From Auanema rhodensis (lineage: Eukaryota; Animalia; Nematoda), in contig OZ059898.1 in assembly GCA_964057225.1 (NCBI GenBank), positions 2,356,001-2,420,000 of the forward strand: a stretch of DNA of 64,000 nt. Reading direction: 5' to 3'. Below the pieces are notes generated by a model. The model was not told the DNA's origin and ran no database searches. It saw nothing but the letters and a program-made list of their open reading frames with translations. Both the position numbers and the translations under genes were made by a program. Positions 40,901 to 55,900 of the stretch are shown piece after piece. The first letter of the stretch is position 1. Each line of letters opens with the position of its first letter.

Positions 40901-43900
40901 GGAAACTCAACATACACTAATGCATCATTTTTCAAACGATTATAACTAATTTTTGTATTAAGCGTTTCTCAATGTAGTATAGTGCATTCGATGCGGATTT
41001 TTAAGCTGCGTCGATCTGTGTTATCAGATTTGCGCTAGCTTAAAAATGCACCGAGATATCAACTGATATAAGTTCACACTTATATCCTCGATTTTCACCC
41101 TGAAGAAATAATTTTTTCGTTGAATAACATTGTCCATCGTCTTTGCCTTGAAAAAAGGAATCTAAAAACATCTACTTTTTGCTGAATTATTTTGAAATTT
41201 TTCGAAAAAATTTTTGTCAAAATGTTTTTGGAAGCAATGTTGAGTGTACATGGAAACTCAACATACACTAATGCATCATTTTTCAAACGATTATAACTAA
41301 TTTTTGTATCAAGCGTTTCTCAATGTAGTATAGTGCATTCGATGCGGATTTTTAAGCTGCGTCGATCTGTGTTATCAGATTTGCGCTAGCTTAAAAATGC
41401 ACCGAGATATCAACTTTTATAAGTTCACACTTATATCCTCGATTTTCACCCTGAAGAATTAATTTTTTCGTTGAATAACATTGCCCATCGTCTTTGCCTT
41501 GAAAAATGGAATCTAAAAACATCTACTTTTTGCTGAATTATTTTGAAATTTTTCGAAAAAATTTTTGTCAAAATGTTTTTGGAAGCAATGTTGAGTGTAC
41601 ATGGAAACTCAACATACACTAATGCATCATTTTTCAAACGATCATAACTAATTTTTGTATCAAGTGTTTCTCAATGTAGTATAGTGCATTCGATGCGGAT
41701 TTTTAACCTGCGTCGATCTGTGTTATCAGATTTGCGCTAGCTTAAAAATGCACCGAGATATCAACTGATATAAGTTCACACTTAGATCCTCGATTTTCAC
41801 CCTGAAGAATTAATTTTTTCGTTGAATAACATTGTCCATCGTCTTTGCCTTGAAAAATGGAATCAAAAAACATCTACTTTTTGCTAAATTATTTTGAAAT
41901 TTTTCGAAAAAATTTTTGTCAAAATGTTTTTGGAAGCAATGTTGAGTGTACATGGAAACTCAACATACACTAATGCATCATTTTTCAAACGATCATAACT
42001 AATTTTTGTATCAAGTGTTTCTCAATGTAGTATAGTGCATTCGATGCGGATTTTTAACCTGCGTCGATCTGTGTTATCAGATTTGCGCTAGCTTAAAAAT
42101 GCACCGAGATATCAACTGATATAAGTTCACACTTAGATCCTCGATTTTCACCCTGAAGAATTAATTTTTTCGTTGAATAACATTGTCCATCGTCTTTGCC
42201 TTGAAAAATAGAATCAAAAAACATCTACTTTTTGCTAAATTATTTTGAAATTTTTCGAAAAAATTTTTGTCAAAATGTTTTTGGAAGCAATGTTGAGTGT
42301 ACATGGAAACTCAACATACACTAATGCATCATTTTTCAAACGATCATAACTAATTTTTGTATTAAGCGTTCTTCAATGTAGTATAGTGCATTCGATCCGG
42401 ATTTTTAAGCTGCGTCGATCTGTGTTATCAGATTTGCGCTAGCTTAAAAATGCACCGAGATATCAACTGATATAAGTTCACACTTATATCCTCGATTTTC
42501 ACCCTGAAGAATTAATTTTTTCGTTGAATAACATTGTCCATCGTCTTTGCCTTGAAAAAAGGAATCTAAAAACATCTACTTTTTGCTAAATTATTTTGAA
42601 ATTTTTCGAAAAAATTTTTGTCAAAATGTTTTTGGAAGCAATGTTGAGTGTACATGGAAACTCAACATACACTAATGCATCATTTTACAAACGACCATAA
42701 CTAATTTTTGTATTAAGCGTTTCTCAATGTAGTATAGTGCATTCGATGCGGATTTTTAAGCTGCGTCGATCTGTGTTATCAGATTTGCGCTAGCTTAAAA
42801 ATGCACCGAGACATCAACTGATATAAGTTCACACTTATATCCTCGATTTTCACCCTGAAGAATTAATTTTTTCGTTGAATAACATTGTCCATCGTCTTTG
42901 CCTTGAAAAATGGAATCTAAAAACATCTACTTTTTGCTAAATTATTTTGAAATTTTTCGAAAAAATTTTTGTCAAAATGTTTTTGGAAGCAATGTTGAGT
43001 GTACATGGAAACTCAACATACACTAATGCATCATTTTTCAAACGATCATAACTAATTTTTGTATCAAGTGTTTCTCAATGTAATATAGTGCATTCGATGC
43101 GGATTTTTAAGCTGCGTCGATCTGTGTTATCAGATTTGCGCTAGCTTAAAAATGCACCGAGATATCAACTTTTATAAGTTCACACTTATATCCTCGATTT
43201 TCACCCTGAAGAATTAATTTTTTCGTTGAATAACATTGCCCATCGTCTTTGCCTTGAAAAATGGAATCTAAAAACATCTACTTTTTGCTGAATTATTTTG
43301 AAATTTTTCGAAAAAATTTTTGTCAAAATGTTTTTGGAAGCAATGTTGAGTGTACATGGAAACTCAACATACACTAATGCATCATTTTTCAAACGATCAT
43401 AACTAATTTTTGTATCAAGTGTTTCTCAATGTAGTATAGTGCATTCGATGCGGATTTTTAAGCTGCGTCGATCTGTGTTATCAGATTTGCGCTAGCTTAA
43501 AAATGCACCGAGATATCAACTGATATAAGTTCACACTTAGATCCTCGATTTTCACCCTGAAGAATTAATTTTTTCGTTGAATAACATTGTCCATCGTCTT
43601 TGCCTTAAAAAATGGAATCAAAAAACATCTACTTTTTGCTAAATTATTTTGAAATTTTTCGAAAAAATTTTTGTCAAAATGTTTTTGGAAGCAATGTTGA
43701 GTGTACATGGAAACTCAACATACACTAATGCATCATTTTTCAAACGATCATAACTAATTTTTGTATTAAGCGTTCTTCAATGTAGTATAGTGCATTCGAT
43801 CCGGATTTTTAAGCTGCGTCGATCTGTGTTATCAGATTTGCGCTAGCTTAAAAATGCACCGAGATATCAACTGATATAAGTTCACACTTATATCCTCGAT

Positions 43901-46900
43901 TTTCACCCTGAAGAATTAATTTTTTCGTTGAATAACATTGTCCATCGTCTTTGCCTTGAAAAAAGGAATCTGAAAACATCTACTTTTTGCTAAATTATTT
44001 TGAAATTTTTCGAAAAAATTTTTGTCAAAATGTTTTTGGAAGCAATGTTGAGTGTACATGGAAACTCAACATACACTAATGCATCATTTTTCAAACGATC
44101 ATAACTAATTTTTGTATCAAGCGTTTTTCAATGTAGTATAGTGCATTCGATGCGGATTTTTAAGCTGCGTCGCTCTGTGTTATCAGATTTGCGCTAGCTT
44201 AAAAATGCACCGAGATATCAACTGATATAAGTTCACACTTATATCCTCGATTTTCACCCTGAAGAATTAATTTTTTCGTTGAATAACATTGTCCATCGTC
44301 TTTGCCTTGAAAAATGGAATCTAAAAACATCTACTTTTTGCTAAATTATTTTGAAATTTTTCGAAAAAATTTTTGTCAAAATGTTTTTGGAAGCAATGTT
44401 GAGTGTACATGGAAACTCAACATACACTAATGCATCATTTTTCAAACGATCATAACTAATTTTTGTATTAAGCGTTTCTCAATGTAGCATAGTGCATTCG
44501 ATGCGGATTTTCAAGCTGCGTCGATCTGTGTTATCAGATTTGCGCTAGCTTAAAAATGCACCGAGATATCAACTGATATAAGTTCACACATATATACCCG
44601 ATTTTCACCCTGAAGAATTAATTTTTTCGTTGAATAACATTGTCCATCGTCTTTGCCTTGAAAAAAGGAATCTAAAAACATCTACTTTTTGCTAAATTAT
44701 TTTGAAATTTTTCGAAAAAATTTTTGTCAAAATGTTTTTGGAAGCAATGTTGAGTGTACATGGAAACTCAACATACACTAATGCATCATTTTACAAACGA
44801 CCATAACTAATTTTTGTATTAAGCGTTTCTCAATGTAGTATAGTGCATTCGATGCGGATTTTTAAGCTGCGTCGATCTGTGTTATCAGATTTGCGCTAGC
44901 TTAAAAATGCACCGAGATATCAACTGATATAAGTTCACACTTATATCCTCGATTTTCACCCTGAAGAATTAATTTTTTCGTTGAATAACATTGTCCATCG
45001 TCTTTGCCTTGAAAAATGGAATCTAAAAACATCTACTTTTTGCTAAATTATTTTGAAATTTTTCGAAAAAATTTTTGTCAAAATGTTTTTGGAAGCAATG
45101 TTGAGTGTACATGGAAACTCAACATACACTAATGCATCATTTTTCAAACGATCATAACTAATTTTTGTATCAAGTGTTTCTCAATGTAATATAGTGCATT
45201 CGATGCGGATTTTTAAGCTGCGTTGATCTGTGTTATCAGATTTGCGCTAGCTTAAAAATGCACCGAGATATCAACTGATATAAGTTCACACTTATATCCT
45301 CGATTTTCACCCTGAAAAATTAATTTTTTCGTTGAATAACATTGTCCATCGTCTTTGCCTTGAAAAATGGAATCTAAAAACATCTACTTTTTGCTAAATT
45401 ATTTTGAAATTTTTCGAAAAAATTTTTGTCAAAATGTTTTTGGAAGCAATGTTGAGTGTACATGGAAACTCAACATACACTAATGCATCATTTTTCAAAC
45501 GATCATAACTAATTTTTGTATCAAGCGTTTCTTAATGTAGTATAGTGCATTCGATCCGGATTTTTAAGATGCGTCGATCTGTGTTATCAGATTAGCGCTA
45601 GCTTAAAAATGCACCGAGATATCAACTGATATAAGTTCACACTTATATCCTCGATTTTCACCCTGAAGAAATAATTTGTTCGTTGAATAACATTGTCCAT
45701 CGTCTTTGCCTTGAAAAAAGGAATCTAAAAACATCTACTTTTTGCTAAATTATTTTGAAATTTTTCGAAAAAATTTTTGTCAAAATGTTTTTGGAAGCAA
45801 TGTTGAGTGTACATGGAAACTCAACATACACTAATGCATCATTTTTCAAACGATCATAACTAATTTTTGTATCAAGCGTTTTTCAATGTAGTATAGTGCA
45901 TTCGATCCGGATTTTTAAGATGCGTCGATCTGTGTTATCAGATTTGCGCTAGCTTAAAAATGCACCGAGATATCAACTGATATAAGTTCACACTTATATC
46001 CTCGATTTTCACCCTGAAGAAATAATTTTTTTGTTGAATAACATTGTCCATCGTCTTTGCCTTGAAAAATGGAATCTAAAAACATCTACTTTTTGCTAAA
46101 TTATTTTGAAATTTTTCGAAAAAATTTTTGTCAAAATGTTTTTGGAAGCAATGTTGAGTGTACATGGAAACTCAACATACACTAATGCATCATTTTTCAA
46201 ACGATCATAACTAATTTTTGTATCAAGCGTTTCTTAATGTAGTAAAGTGCATTCGATCCGGATTTTTAAGATGCGTCGATCTGTGTTATCAGATTTGCGC
46301 TAGCTTAAAAATGCACCGAGATATCAACTGATATAAGTTCACACATATATACCCGATTTTCACCCTGAAGAATTAATTTTTTCGTTGAATAACATTGTCC
46401 ATCGTCTTTGCCTTGAAAAAAGGAATCTAAAAACATCTACTTTTTGCTAAATTATTTTGAAATTTTTCGAAAAAATTTTTGTCAAAATGTTTTTGGAAGC
46501 AATGTTGAGTGTACATGGAAACTCAACATACACTAATGCATCATTTTTCAAACGATCATAACTAATTTTTGTATTAAGCGTTTCTCAATGTAGTATAGTG
46601 CATTCGATGCGGATTTTTAAGCTACGTCGATCTGTGTTATCAGATTTGCGCTAGCTTAAAAATGCACCGAGATATCAACTGATATAAGTTCACACTTATA
46701 TCCTCGATTTTCACCCTGAAGAAATAATTTTTTCGTTGAATAACATTGTTCATCGTCTTTGCCTTGAAAAAAGGAATCTAAAAACATCTACTTTTTGCTA
46801 AATTATTTTGAAATTTTTCGAAAAAATTTTTGTCAAAATGTTTTTGGAAGCAATGTTGAGTGTACATGGAAACTCAACATACACTAATGCATCATTTTTC

Positions 46901-49900
46901 AAACGATCATAACTAATTTTTGTATTAAGCGTTTCTCAATGTAGTATAGTGCATTCGATGCGGATTTTTAAGCTGCGTCGATCTGTGTTATCAGATTTGC
47001 GCTAGCTTAAAAATGCACCGAGATATCAACTGATATAAGTTCACACTTATATCCTCGATTTTCACCCTGAAAAATTAATTTTTTCGTTGAATAACATTGT
47101 CCATCGTCTTTGCCTTGAAAAATGGAATCTAAAAACATCTACTTTTTGCTAAATTATTTTGAAATTTTTCGAAAAAATTTTTGTCAAAATGTTTTTGGAA
47201 GCAATGTTGAGTGTACATGGAAACTCAACATACACTAATGCATCATTTTTCAAACGATCATAACTAATTTTTGTATCAAGCGTTTCTTAATGTAGTATAG
47301 TGCATTCGATCCGGATTTTTAAGATACGTCGATCTGTGTTATCAGATTAGCGCTAGCTTAAAAATGCACCGAGATATCAACTGATATAAGTTCACACTTA
47401 TATCCTCGATTTTCACCCTGAAGAAATAATTTTTTCGTTGAATAACATTGTCCATCGTCTTTGCCTTGAAAAAAGGAATCTAAAAACATCTACTTTTTGC
47501 TAAATTATTTTGAAATTTTTCGAAAAAATTTTTGTCAAAATGTTTTTGGAAGCAATGTTGAGTGTACATGGAAACTCAACATACACTAATGCATCATTTT
47601 TCAAACGATCATAACTAATTTTTGTATCAAGCGTTTTTCAATGTAGTATAGTGCATTCGATGCGGATTTTTAAGCTGCGTCGATCTGTGTTATCAGATTT
47701 GCGCTAGCTTAAAAATGCACCGAGATATCAACTGATATAAGTTCACACTTATATCCTCGATTTTCACCCTGAAAAATTAATTTTTTCGTTGAATAACATT
47801 GTCCATCGTCTTTGCCTTGAAAAATGGAATCTTAAAACATCTACTTTTTGCTAAATTATTTTGAAATTTTTCGAAAAAATTTTTGTCAAAATGTTTTTGG
47901 AAGCAATGTTGAGTGTACATGGAAACTCAACATACACTAATGCATCATTTTTCAAACGATCATAACTAATTTTTGTATCAAGCGTTTCTTAATGTAGTAT
48001 AGTGCATTCGATCCGGATTTTTAAGATGCGTCGATCTGTGTTATCAGATTTGCGCTAGCTTAAAAATGCACCGAGATATCAACTGATATAAGTTCACACT
48101 TATATCCTCGATTTTCACCCTGAAGAAATAATTTTTTCGTTGAATAACATTGTCCATCGTCTTTGCCTTGAAAAAAGGAATCTAAAAACATCTACTTTTT
48201 GCTAAATTATTTTGAAATTTTTCGAAAAAATTTTTGTCAAAATGTTTTTGGAAGCAATGTTGAGTGTACATGGAAACTCAACATACACTAATGCATCATT
48301 TTTCAAACGATCATAACTAATTTTTGTATCAAGCGTTTTTCAATGTAGTATAGTGCATTCGATGCGGATTTTTAAGCTGCGTCGAGCTGTGTTATCAGAT
48401 TTGCGCTAGCTTAAAAATGCACCGAGATATCAACTGATATAAGTTCACACTTATATCCTCGATTTTCACCCTGAAGAAATAATTTTTTTGTTGAATAACA
48501 TTGTCCATCGTCTTTGCCTTGAAAAATGGAATCTAAAAACATCTACTTTTTGCTAAATTATTTTGAAATGTTTCGAAAAAATTTTTGTCAAAATGTTTTT
48601 GGAAGCAATGTTGAGTGTACATGGAAACTCAACATACACTAATGCATCATTTTTCAAACGATCATAACTAATTTTTGTATTAAGCGTTTCTCAATGTAGT
48701 ATAGTGCATTCGATGCGGATTTTCAAGCTGCGTCGATCTGTGTTATCAGATTTGCGCTAGCTTAAAAATGCACCGAGATATCAACTGATATAAGTTCACA
48801 CATATATACCCGATTTTCACCCTGAAGAATTAATTTTTTCGTTGAATAACATTGTCCATCGTCTTTGCCTTGAAAAAAGGAATCTAAAAACATCTACTTT
48901 TTGCTAAATTATTTTGAAATTTTTCGAAAAAATTTTTGTCAAAATGTTTTTGGAAGCAATGTTGAGTGTACATGGAAACTCAACATACACTAATGCATCA
49001 TTTTTCAAACGATCATAACTAATTTTTGTATTAAGCGTTTCTCAATGTAGTATAGTGCATTCGATGCGGATTTTTAAGCTGCGTCGAGCTGTGTTATCAG
49101 ATTTGCGCTAGCTTAAAAATGCACCGAGATATCAACTGATATAAGTTCACACTTATATCCTCGATTTTCACCCTGAAGAATTAATTTTTTCGTTGAATAA
49201 CATTGTCCATCGTCTTTGCCTTGAAAAATGGAATCTAAAAACATCTACTTTTTGCTAAATTATTTTGAAATTTTTCGAAAAACTTTTTGTCAAAATGTTT
49301 TTGGAAGCAATGTTGAGTGTACATGGAAACTCAACATACACTAATGCATCATTTTTCAAACGATCATAACTAATTTTTGTATCAAGTGTTTCTCAATGTA
49401 ATATAGTGCATTCGATGCGGATTTTTAAGCTGCGTCGATCTGTGTTATCAGATTTGCGCTAGCTTAAAAATGCACCGAGATATCAACTGATATAAGTTCA
49501 CACTTATATCCTCGATTTTCACCCTGAAAAATTAATTTTTTCGTTGAATAACATTGTCCATCGTCTTTGCCTTGAAAAATGGAATCTAAAAACATCTACT
49601 TTTTGCTAAATTATTTTGAAATTTTTCGAAAAAATTTTTGTCAAAATGTTTTTGGAAGCAATGTTGAGTGTACATGGAAACTCAACATACACTAATGCAT
49701 CATTTTTCAAACGATCATAACTAATTTTTGTATCAAGCGTTTCTTAATGTAGTATAGTGCATTCGATCCGGATTTTTAAGATGCGTCGATCTGTGTTATC
49801 AGATTAGCGCTAGCTTAAAAATGCACCGAGATATCAACTGATATAAGTTCACACTTATATCCTCGATTTTCACCCTGAAGAAATAATTTTTTCGTTGAAT

Positions 49901-52900
49901 AACATTGTCCATCGTCTTTGCCTTGAAAAAAGGAATCTAAAAACATCTACTTTTTGCTAAATTATTTTGAAATTTTTCGAAAAAATTTTTGTCAAAATGT
50001 TTTTGGAAGCAATGTTGAGTGTACATGGAAACTCAACATACACTAATGCATCATTTTTCAAACGATCATAACTAATTTTTGTATCAAGCGTTTTTCAATG
50101 TAGTATAGTGCATTCGATGCGGATTTTTAAGCTGCGTCGATCTGTGTTATCAGATTTGCGCTAGCTTAAAAATGCACCGAGATATCAACTGATATAAGTT
50201 CACACTTATATCCTCGATTTTCACCCTGAAAAATTAATTTTTTCGTTGAATAACATTGTCCATCGTCTTTGCCTTGAAAAATGGAATCTTAAAACATCTA
50301 CTTTTTGCTAAATTATTTTGAAATTTTTCGAAAAAATTTTTGTCAAAATGTTTTTGGAAGCAATGTTGAGTGTACATGGAAACTCAACATACACTAATGC
50401 ATCATTTTTCAAACGATCATAACTAATTTTTGTATCAAGCGTTTCTAAATGTAGTATAGTGCATTCGATCCGGATTTTTAAGATGCGTCGATCTGTGTTA
50501 TCAGATTTGCGCTAGCTTAAAAATGCACCGAGATATCAACTGATATAAGTTCACACTTATATCCTCGATTTTCACCCTGAAGAAATAATTTTTTCGTTGA
50601 ATAACATTGTCCATCGTCTTTGCCTTGAAAAAAGGAATCTAAAAACATCTACTTTTTGCTAAATTATTTTGAAATTTTTCGAAAAAATTTTTGTCAAAAT
50701 GTTTTTGGAAGCAATGTTGAGTGTACATGGAAACTCAACATACACTAATGCATCATTTTTCAAACGATCATAACTAATTTTTGTATTAAGCGTTTCTCAA
50801 TGTAGTATAGTGCATTCGATGCGGATTTTCAAGCTGCGTCGATCTGTGTTATCAGATTTGCGCTAGCTTAAAAATGCACCGAGATATCAACTGATATAAG
50901 TTCACACATATATACCCGATTTTCACCCTGAAGAATTAATTTTTTCGTTGAATAACATTGTCCATCGTCTTTGCCTTGAAAAAAGGAATCTAAAAACATC
51001 TACTTTTTGCTAAATTATTTTGAAATTTTTCGAAAAAATTTTTGTCAAAATGTTTTTGGAAGCAATGTTGAGTGTACATGGAAACTCAACATACACTAAT
51101 GCATCATTTTTCAAACGATCATAACTAATTTTTGTATCAAGCGTTTTTCAATGTAGTATAGTGCATTCGATGCGGATTTTTAAGCTGCGTCGATCTGTGT
51201 TATCAGATTTGCGCTAGCTTAAAAATGCACCGAGATATCAACTGATATAAGTTCACACTTATATCCTCGATTTTCACCCTGAAAAATTAATTTTTTCGTT
51301 GAATAACATTGTCCATCGTCTTTGCCTTGAAAAATGGAATCTTAAAACATCTACTTTTTGCTAAATTATTTTGAAATTTTTCGAAAAAATTTTTGTCAAA
51401 ATGTTTTTGGAAGCAATGTTGAGTGTACATGGAAACTCAACATACACTAATGCATCATTTTTCAAACGATCATAACTAATTTTTGTATCAAGCGTTTCTA
51501 AATGTAGTATAGTGCATTCGATCCGGATTTTTAAGATGCGTCGATCTGTGTTATCAGATTTGCGCTAGCTTAAAAATGCACCGAGATATCAACTGATATA
51601 AGTTCACACTTATATCCTCGATTTTCACCCTGAAGAAATAATTTTTTCGTTGAATAACATTGTCCATCGTCTTTGCCTTGAAAAAAGGAATCTAAAAACA
51701 TCTACTTTTTGCTAAATTATTTTGAAATTTTTCGAAAAAATTTTTGTCAAAATGTTTTTGGAAGCAATGTTGAGTGTACATGGAAACTCAACATACACTA
51801 ATGCATCATTTTTCAAACGATCATAACTAATTTTTGTATCAAGCGTTTTTCAATGTAGTATAGTGCATTCGATGCGGATTTTTAAGCTGCGTCGAGCTGT
51901 GTTATCAGATTTGCGCTAGCTTAAAAATGCACCGAGATATCAACTGATATAAGTTCACACTTATATCCTCGATTTTCACCCTGAAGAAATAATTTTTTTG
52001 TTGAATAACATTGTCCATCGTCTTTGCCTTGAAAAATGGAATCTAAAAACATCTACTTTTTGCTAAATTATTTTGAAATTTTTCGAAAAAATTTTTGTCA
52101 AAATGTTTTTGGAAGCAATGTTGAGTGTACATGGAAACTCAACATACACTAATGCATCATTTTTCAAACGATCATAACTAATTTTTGTATTAAGCGTTTC
52201 TCAATGTAGTATAGTGCATTCGATGCGGATTTTCAAGCTGCGTCGATCTGTGTTATCAGATTTGCGCTAGCTTAAAAATGCACCGAGATATCAACTGATA
52301 TAAGTTCACACATATATACCCGATTTTCACCCTGAAGAATTAATTTTTTCGTTGAATAACATTGTCCATCGTCTTTGCCTTGAAAAAAGGAATCTAAAAA
52401 CATCTACTTTTTGCTAAATTATTTTGAAATTTTTCGAAAAAATTTTTGTCAAAATGTTTTTGGAAGCAATGTTGAGTGTACATGGAAACTCAACATACAC
52501 TAATGCATCATTTTTCAAACGATCATAACTAATTTTTGTATTAAGCGTTTCTCAATGTAGTATAGTGCATTCGATGCGAATTTTTAAGCTGCGTCGATCT
52601 GTGTTATCAGATTTGCGCTAGCTTAAAAATGCACCGAGATATCAACTGATATAAGTTCACACTTATATCCTCGATTTTCACCCTGAAGAAATAATTTTTT
52701 CGTTGAATAACATTGTCCATCGTCTTTGCCTTGAAAAAAGGAATCTAAAAACATCTACTTTTTGCTAAATTATTTTGAAATTTTTCGAAAAAATTTTTGT
52801 CAAAATGTTTTTGGAAGCAATGTTGAGTGTACATGGAAACTCAACATACACTAATGCATCATTTTTCAAACGATCATAACTAATTTTTGTATTAAGCGTT

Positions 52901-52999
52901 TCTCAATGTAGTATAGTGCATTCGATGCGGATTTTTAAGCTGCGTCGATCTGTGTTATCAGATTTGCGCTAGCTTAAAAATGCACCGAGATATCAACTG

Positions 53000-55900
53000 A
53001 TATAAGTTCACACTTATATCCTCGATTTTCACCCTGAAGAATTAATTTTTTCGTTGAATAACATTGTCCATCGTCTTTGCCTTGAAAAATGGAATCTAAA
53101 AACATCTACTTTTTGCTAAATTATTTTGAAATTTTTCGAAAAAATTTTTGTCAAAATGTTTTTGGAAGCAATGTTGAGTGTACATGGAAACTCAACATAC
53201 ACTAATGCATCATTTTTCAAACGATCATAACTAATTTTTGTATCAAGCGTTTCTTAATGTAGTATAGTGCATTCGATCCGGATTTTTAAGATGCGTCGAT
53301 CTGTGTTATCAGATTAGCGCTAGCTTAAAAATGCACCGAGATATCAACTGATATAAGTTCACACTTATATCCTCGATTTTCACCCTGAAGAAATAATTTT
53401 TTCGTTGAATAACATTGTCCATCGTCTTTGCCTTGAAAAAAGGAATCTAAAAACATCTACTTTTTGCTAAATTATTTTGAAATTTTTCGAAAAAATTTTT
53501 GTCAAAATGTTTTTGGAAGCAATGTTGAGTGTACATGGAAACTCAACATACACTAATGCATCATTTTTCAAACGATCATAACTAATTTTTGTATCAAGCG
53601 TTTTTCAATGTAGTATAGTGCATTCGATGCGGATTTTTAAGCTGCGTCGATCTGTGTTATCAGATTTGCGCTAGCTTAAAAATGCACCGAGATATCAACT
53701 GATATAAGTTCACACTTATATCCTCGATTTTCACCCTGAAGAATTAATTTTTTCGTTGAATAACATTGTCCATCGTCTTTGCCTTGAAAAATGGAATCTT
53801 AAAACATCTACTTTTTGCTAAATTATTTTGAAATTTTTCGAAAAAATTTTTGTCAAAATGTTTTTGGAAGCAATGTTGAGTGTACATGGAAACTCAACAT
53901 ACACTAATGCATCATTTTTCAAACGATCATAACTAATTTTTGTATCAAGTGTTTCTCAATGTAATATAGTGCATTCGATGCGGATTTTTAAGCTGCGTCG
54001 ATCTGTGTTATCAGATTTGCGCTAGCTTAAAAATGCACCGAGATATCAACTGATATAAGTTCACACTTATATCCTCGATTTTCACCCTGAAGAATTAATT
54101 TTTTCGTTGAATAACATTGTCCATCGTCTTTGCCTTGAAAAATGGAATCTGAAAACATCTACTTTTTGCTAAATTATTTTGAAATTTTTCGAAAAAATTT
54201 TTGTCAAAATGTTTTTGGAAGCAATGTTGAGTGTACATGGAAACTCAACATACACTAATGCATCATTTTTCAAACGATCATAACTAATTTTTGTATTAAG
54301 CGTTTCTCAATGTAGTATAGTGCATTCGATGCGGATTTTTAAGCTGCGTCGATCTGTGTTATCAGATTTGCGCTAGCTTAAAAATGCACCGAGATATCAA
54401 CTGATATAAGTTCACACTTATATCCTCGATTTTCACCCTGAAGAATTAATTTTTTCGTTGAATAACATTGTCCATCGTCTTTGCCTTGAAAAATGGAATC
54501 TAAAAACATCTACTTTTTGCTAAATTATTTTGAAATTTTTCGAAAAAATTTTTGTCAAAATGTTTTTGGAAGCAATGTTGAGTGTACATGGAAACTCAAC
54601 ATACACTAATGCATCATTTTTCAAACGATCATAACTAATTTTTGTATCAAGCGTTTCTTAATGTAGTATAGTGCATTCGATCCGGATTTTTAAGATGCGT
54701 CGATCTGTGTTATCAGATTAGCGCTAGCTTAAAAATGCACCGAGATATCAACTGATATAAGTTCACACTTATATCCTCGATTTTCACCCTGAAGAAATAA
54801 TTTTTTCGTTGAATAACATTGTCCATCGTCTTTGCCTTGAAAAAAGGAATCTAAAAACATCTACTTTTTGCTAAATTATTTTGAAATTTTTCGAAAAAAT
54901 TTTTGTCAAAATGTTTTTGGAAGCAATGTTGAGTGTACATGGAAACTCAACATACACTAATGCATCATTTTTCAAACGATCATAACTAATTTTTGTATCA
55001 AGCGTTTTTCAATGTAGTATAGTGCATTCGATGCGGATTTTTAAGCTGCGTCGATCTGTGTTATCAGATTTGCGCTAGCTTAAAAATGCACCGAGATATC
55101 AACTGATATAAGTTCACACTTATATCCTCGATTTTCACCCTGAAGAAATAATTTTTTCGTTGAATAACATTGTCCATCGTCTTTGCCTTGAAAAAAGGAA
55201 TCTAAAAACATCTACTTTTTGCTAAATTATTTTGAAATTTTTCGAAAAAATTTTTGTCAAAATGTTTTTGGAAGCAATGTTGAGTGTACATGGAAACTCA
55301 ACATACACTAATGCATCATTTTTCAAACGATCATAACTAATTTTTGTATCAAGCGTTTTTCAATGTAGTATAGTGCATTCGATGCGGATTTTTAAGCTGC
55401 GTCGATCTGTGTTATCAGATTTGCGCTAGCTTAAAAATGCACCGAGATATCAACTGATATAAGTTCACACTTATATCCTCGATTTTCACCCTGAAGAATT
55501 AATTTTTTCGTTGAATAACATTGTCCATCGTCTTTGCCTTGAAAAATGGAATCTTAAAACATCTACTTTTTGCTAAATTATTTTGAAATTTTTCGAAAAA
55601 ATTTTTGTCAAAATGTTTTTGGAAGCAATGTTGAGTGTACATGGAAACTCAACATACACTAATGCATCATTTTTCAAACGATCATAACTAATTTTTGTAT
55701 CAAGTGTTTCTCAATGTAATATAGTGCATTCGATGCGGATTTTTAAGCTGCGTCGATCTGTGTTATCAGATTTGCGCTAGCTTAAAAATGCACCGAGATA
55801 TCAACTGATATAAGTTCACACTTATATCCTCGATTTTCACCCTGAAGAATTAATTTTTTCGTTGAATAACATTGTCCATCGTCTTTGCCTTGAAAAATGG

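Noticed and set aside
17580-43392. Minus-strand 63 aa ORFs (MKNDALVY...)
   Set aside because: They are created by a SNP at pos 119 (A>T or A>G) that removes a minus-strand TAG. They track satellite variant domains and do not represent a gene family.
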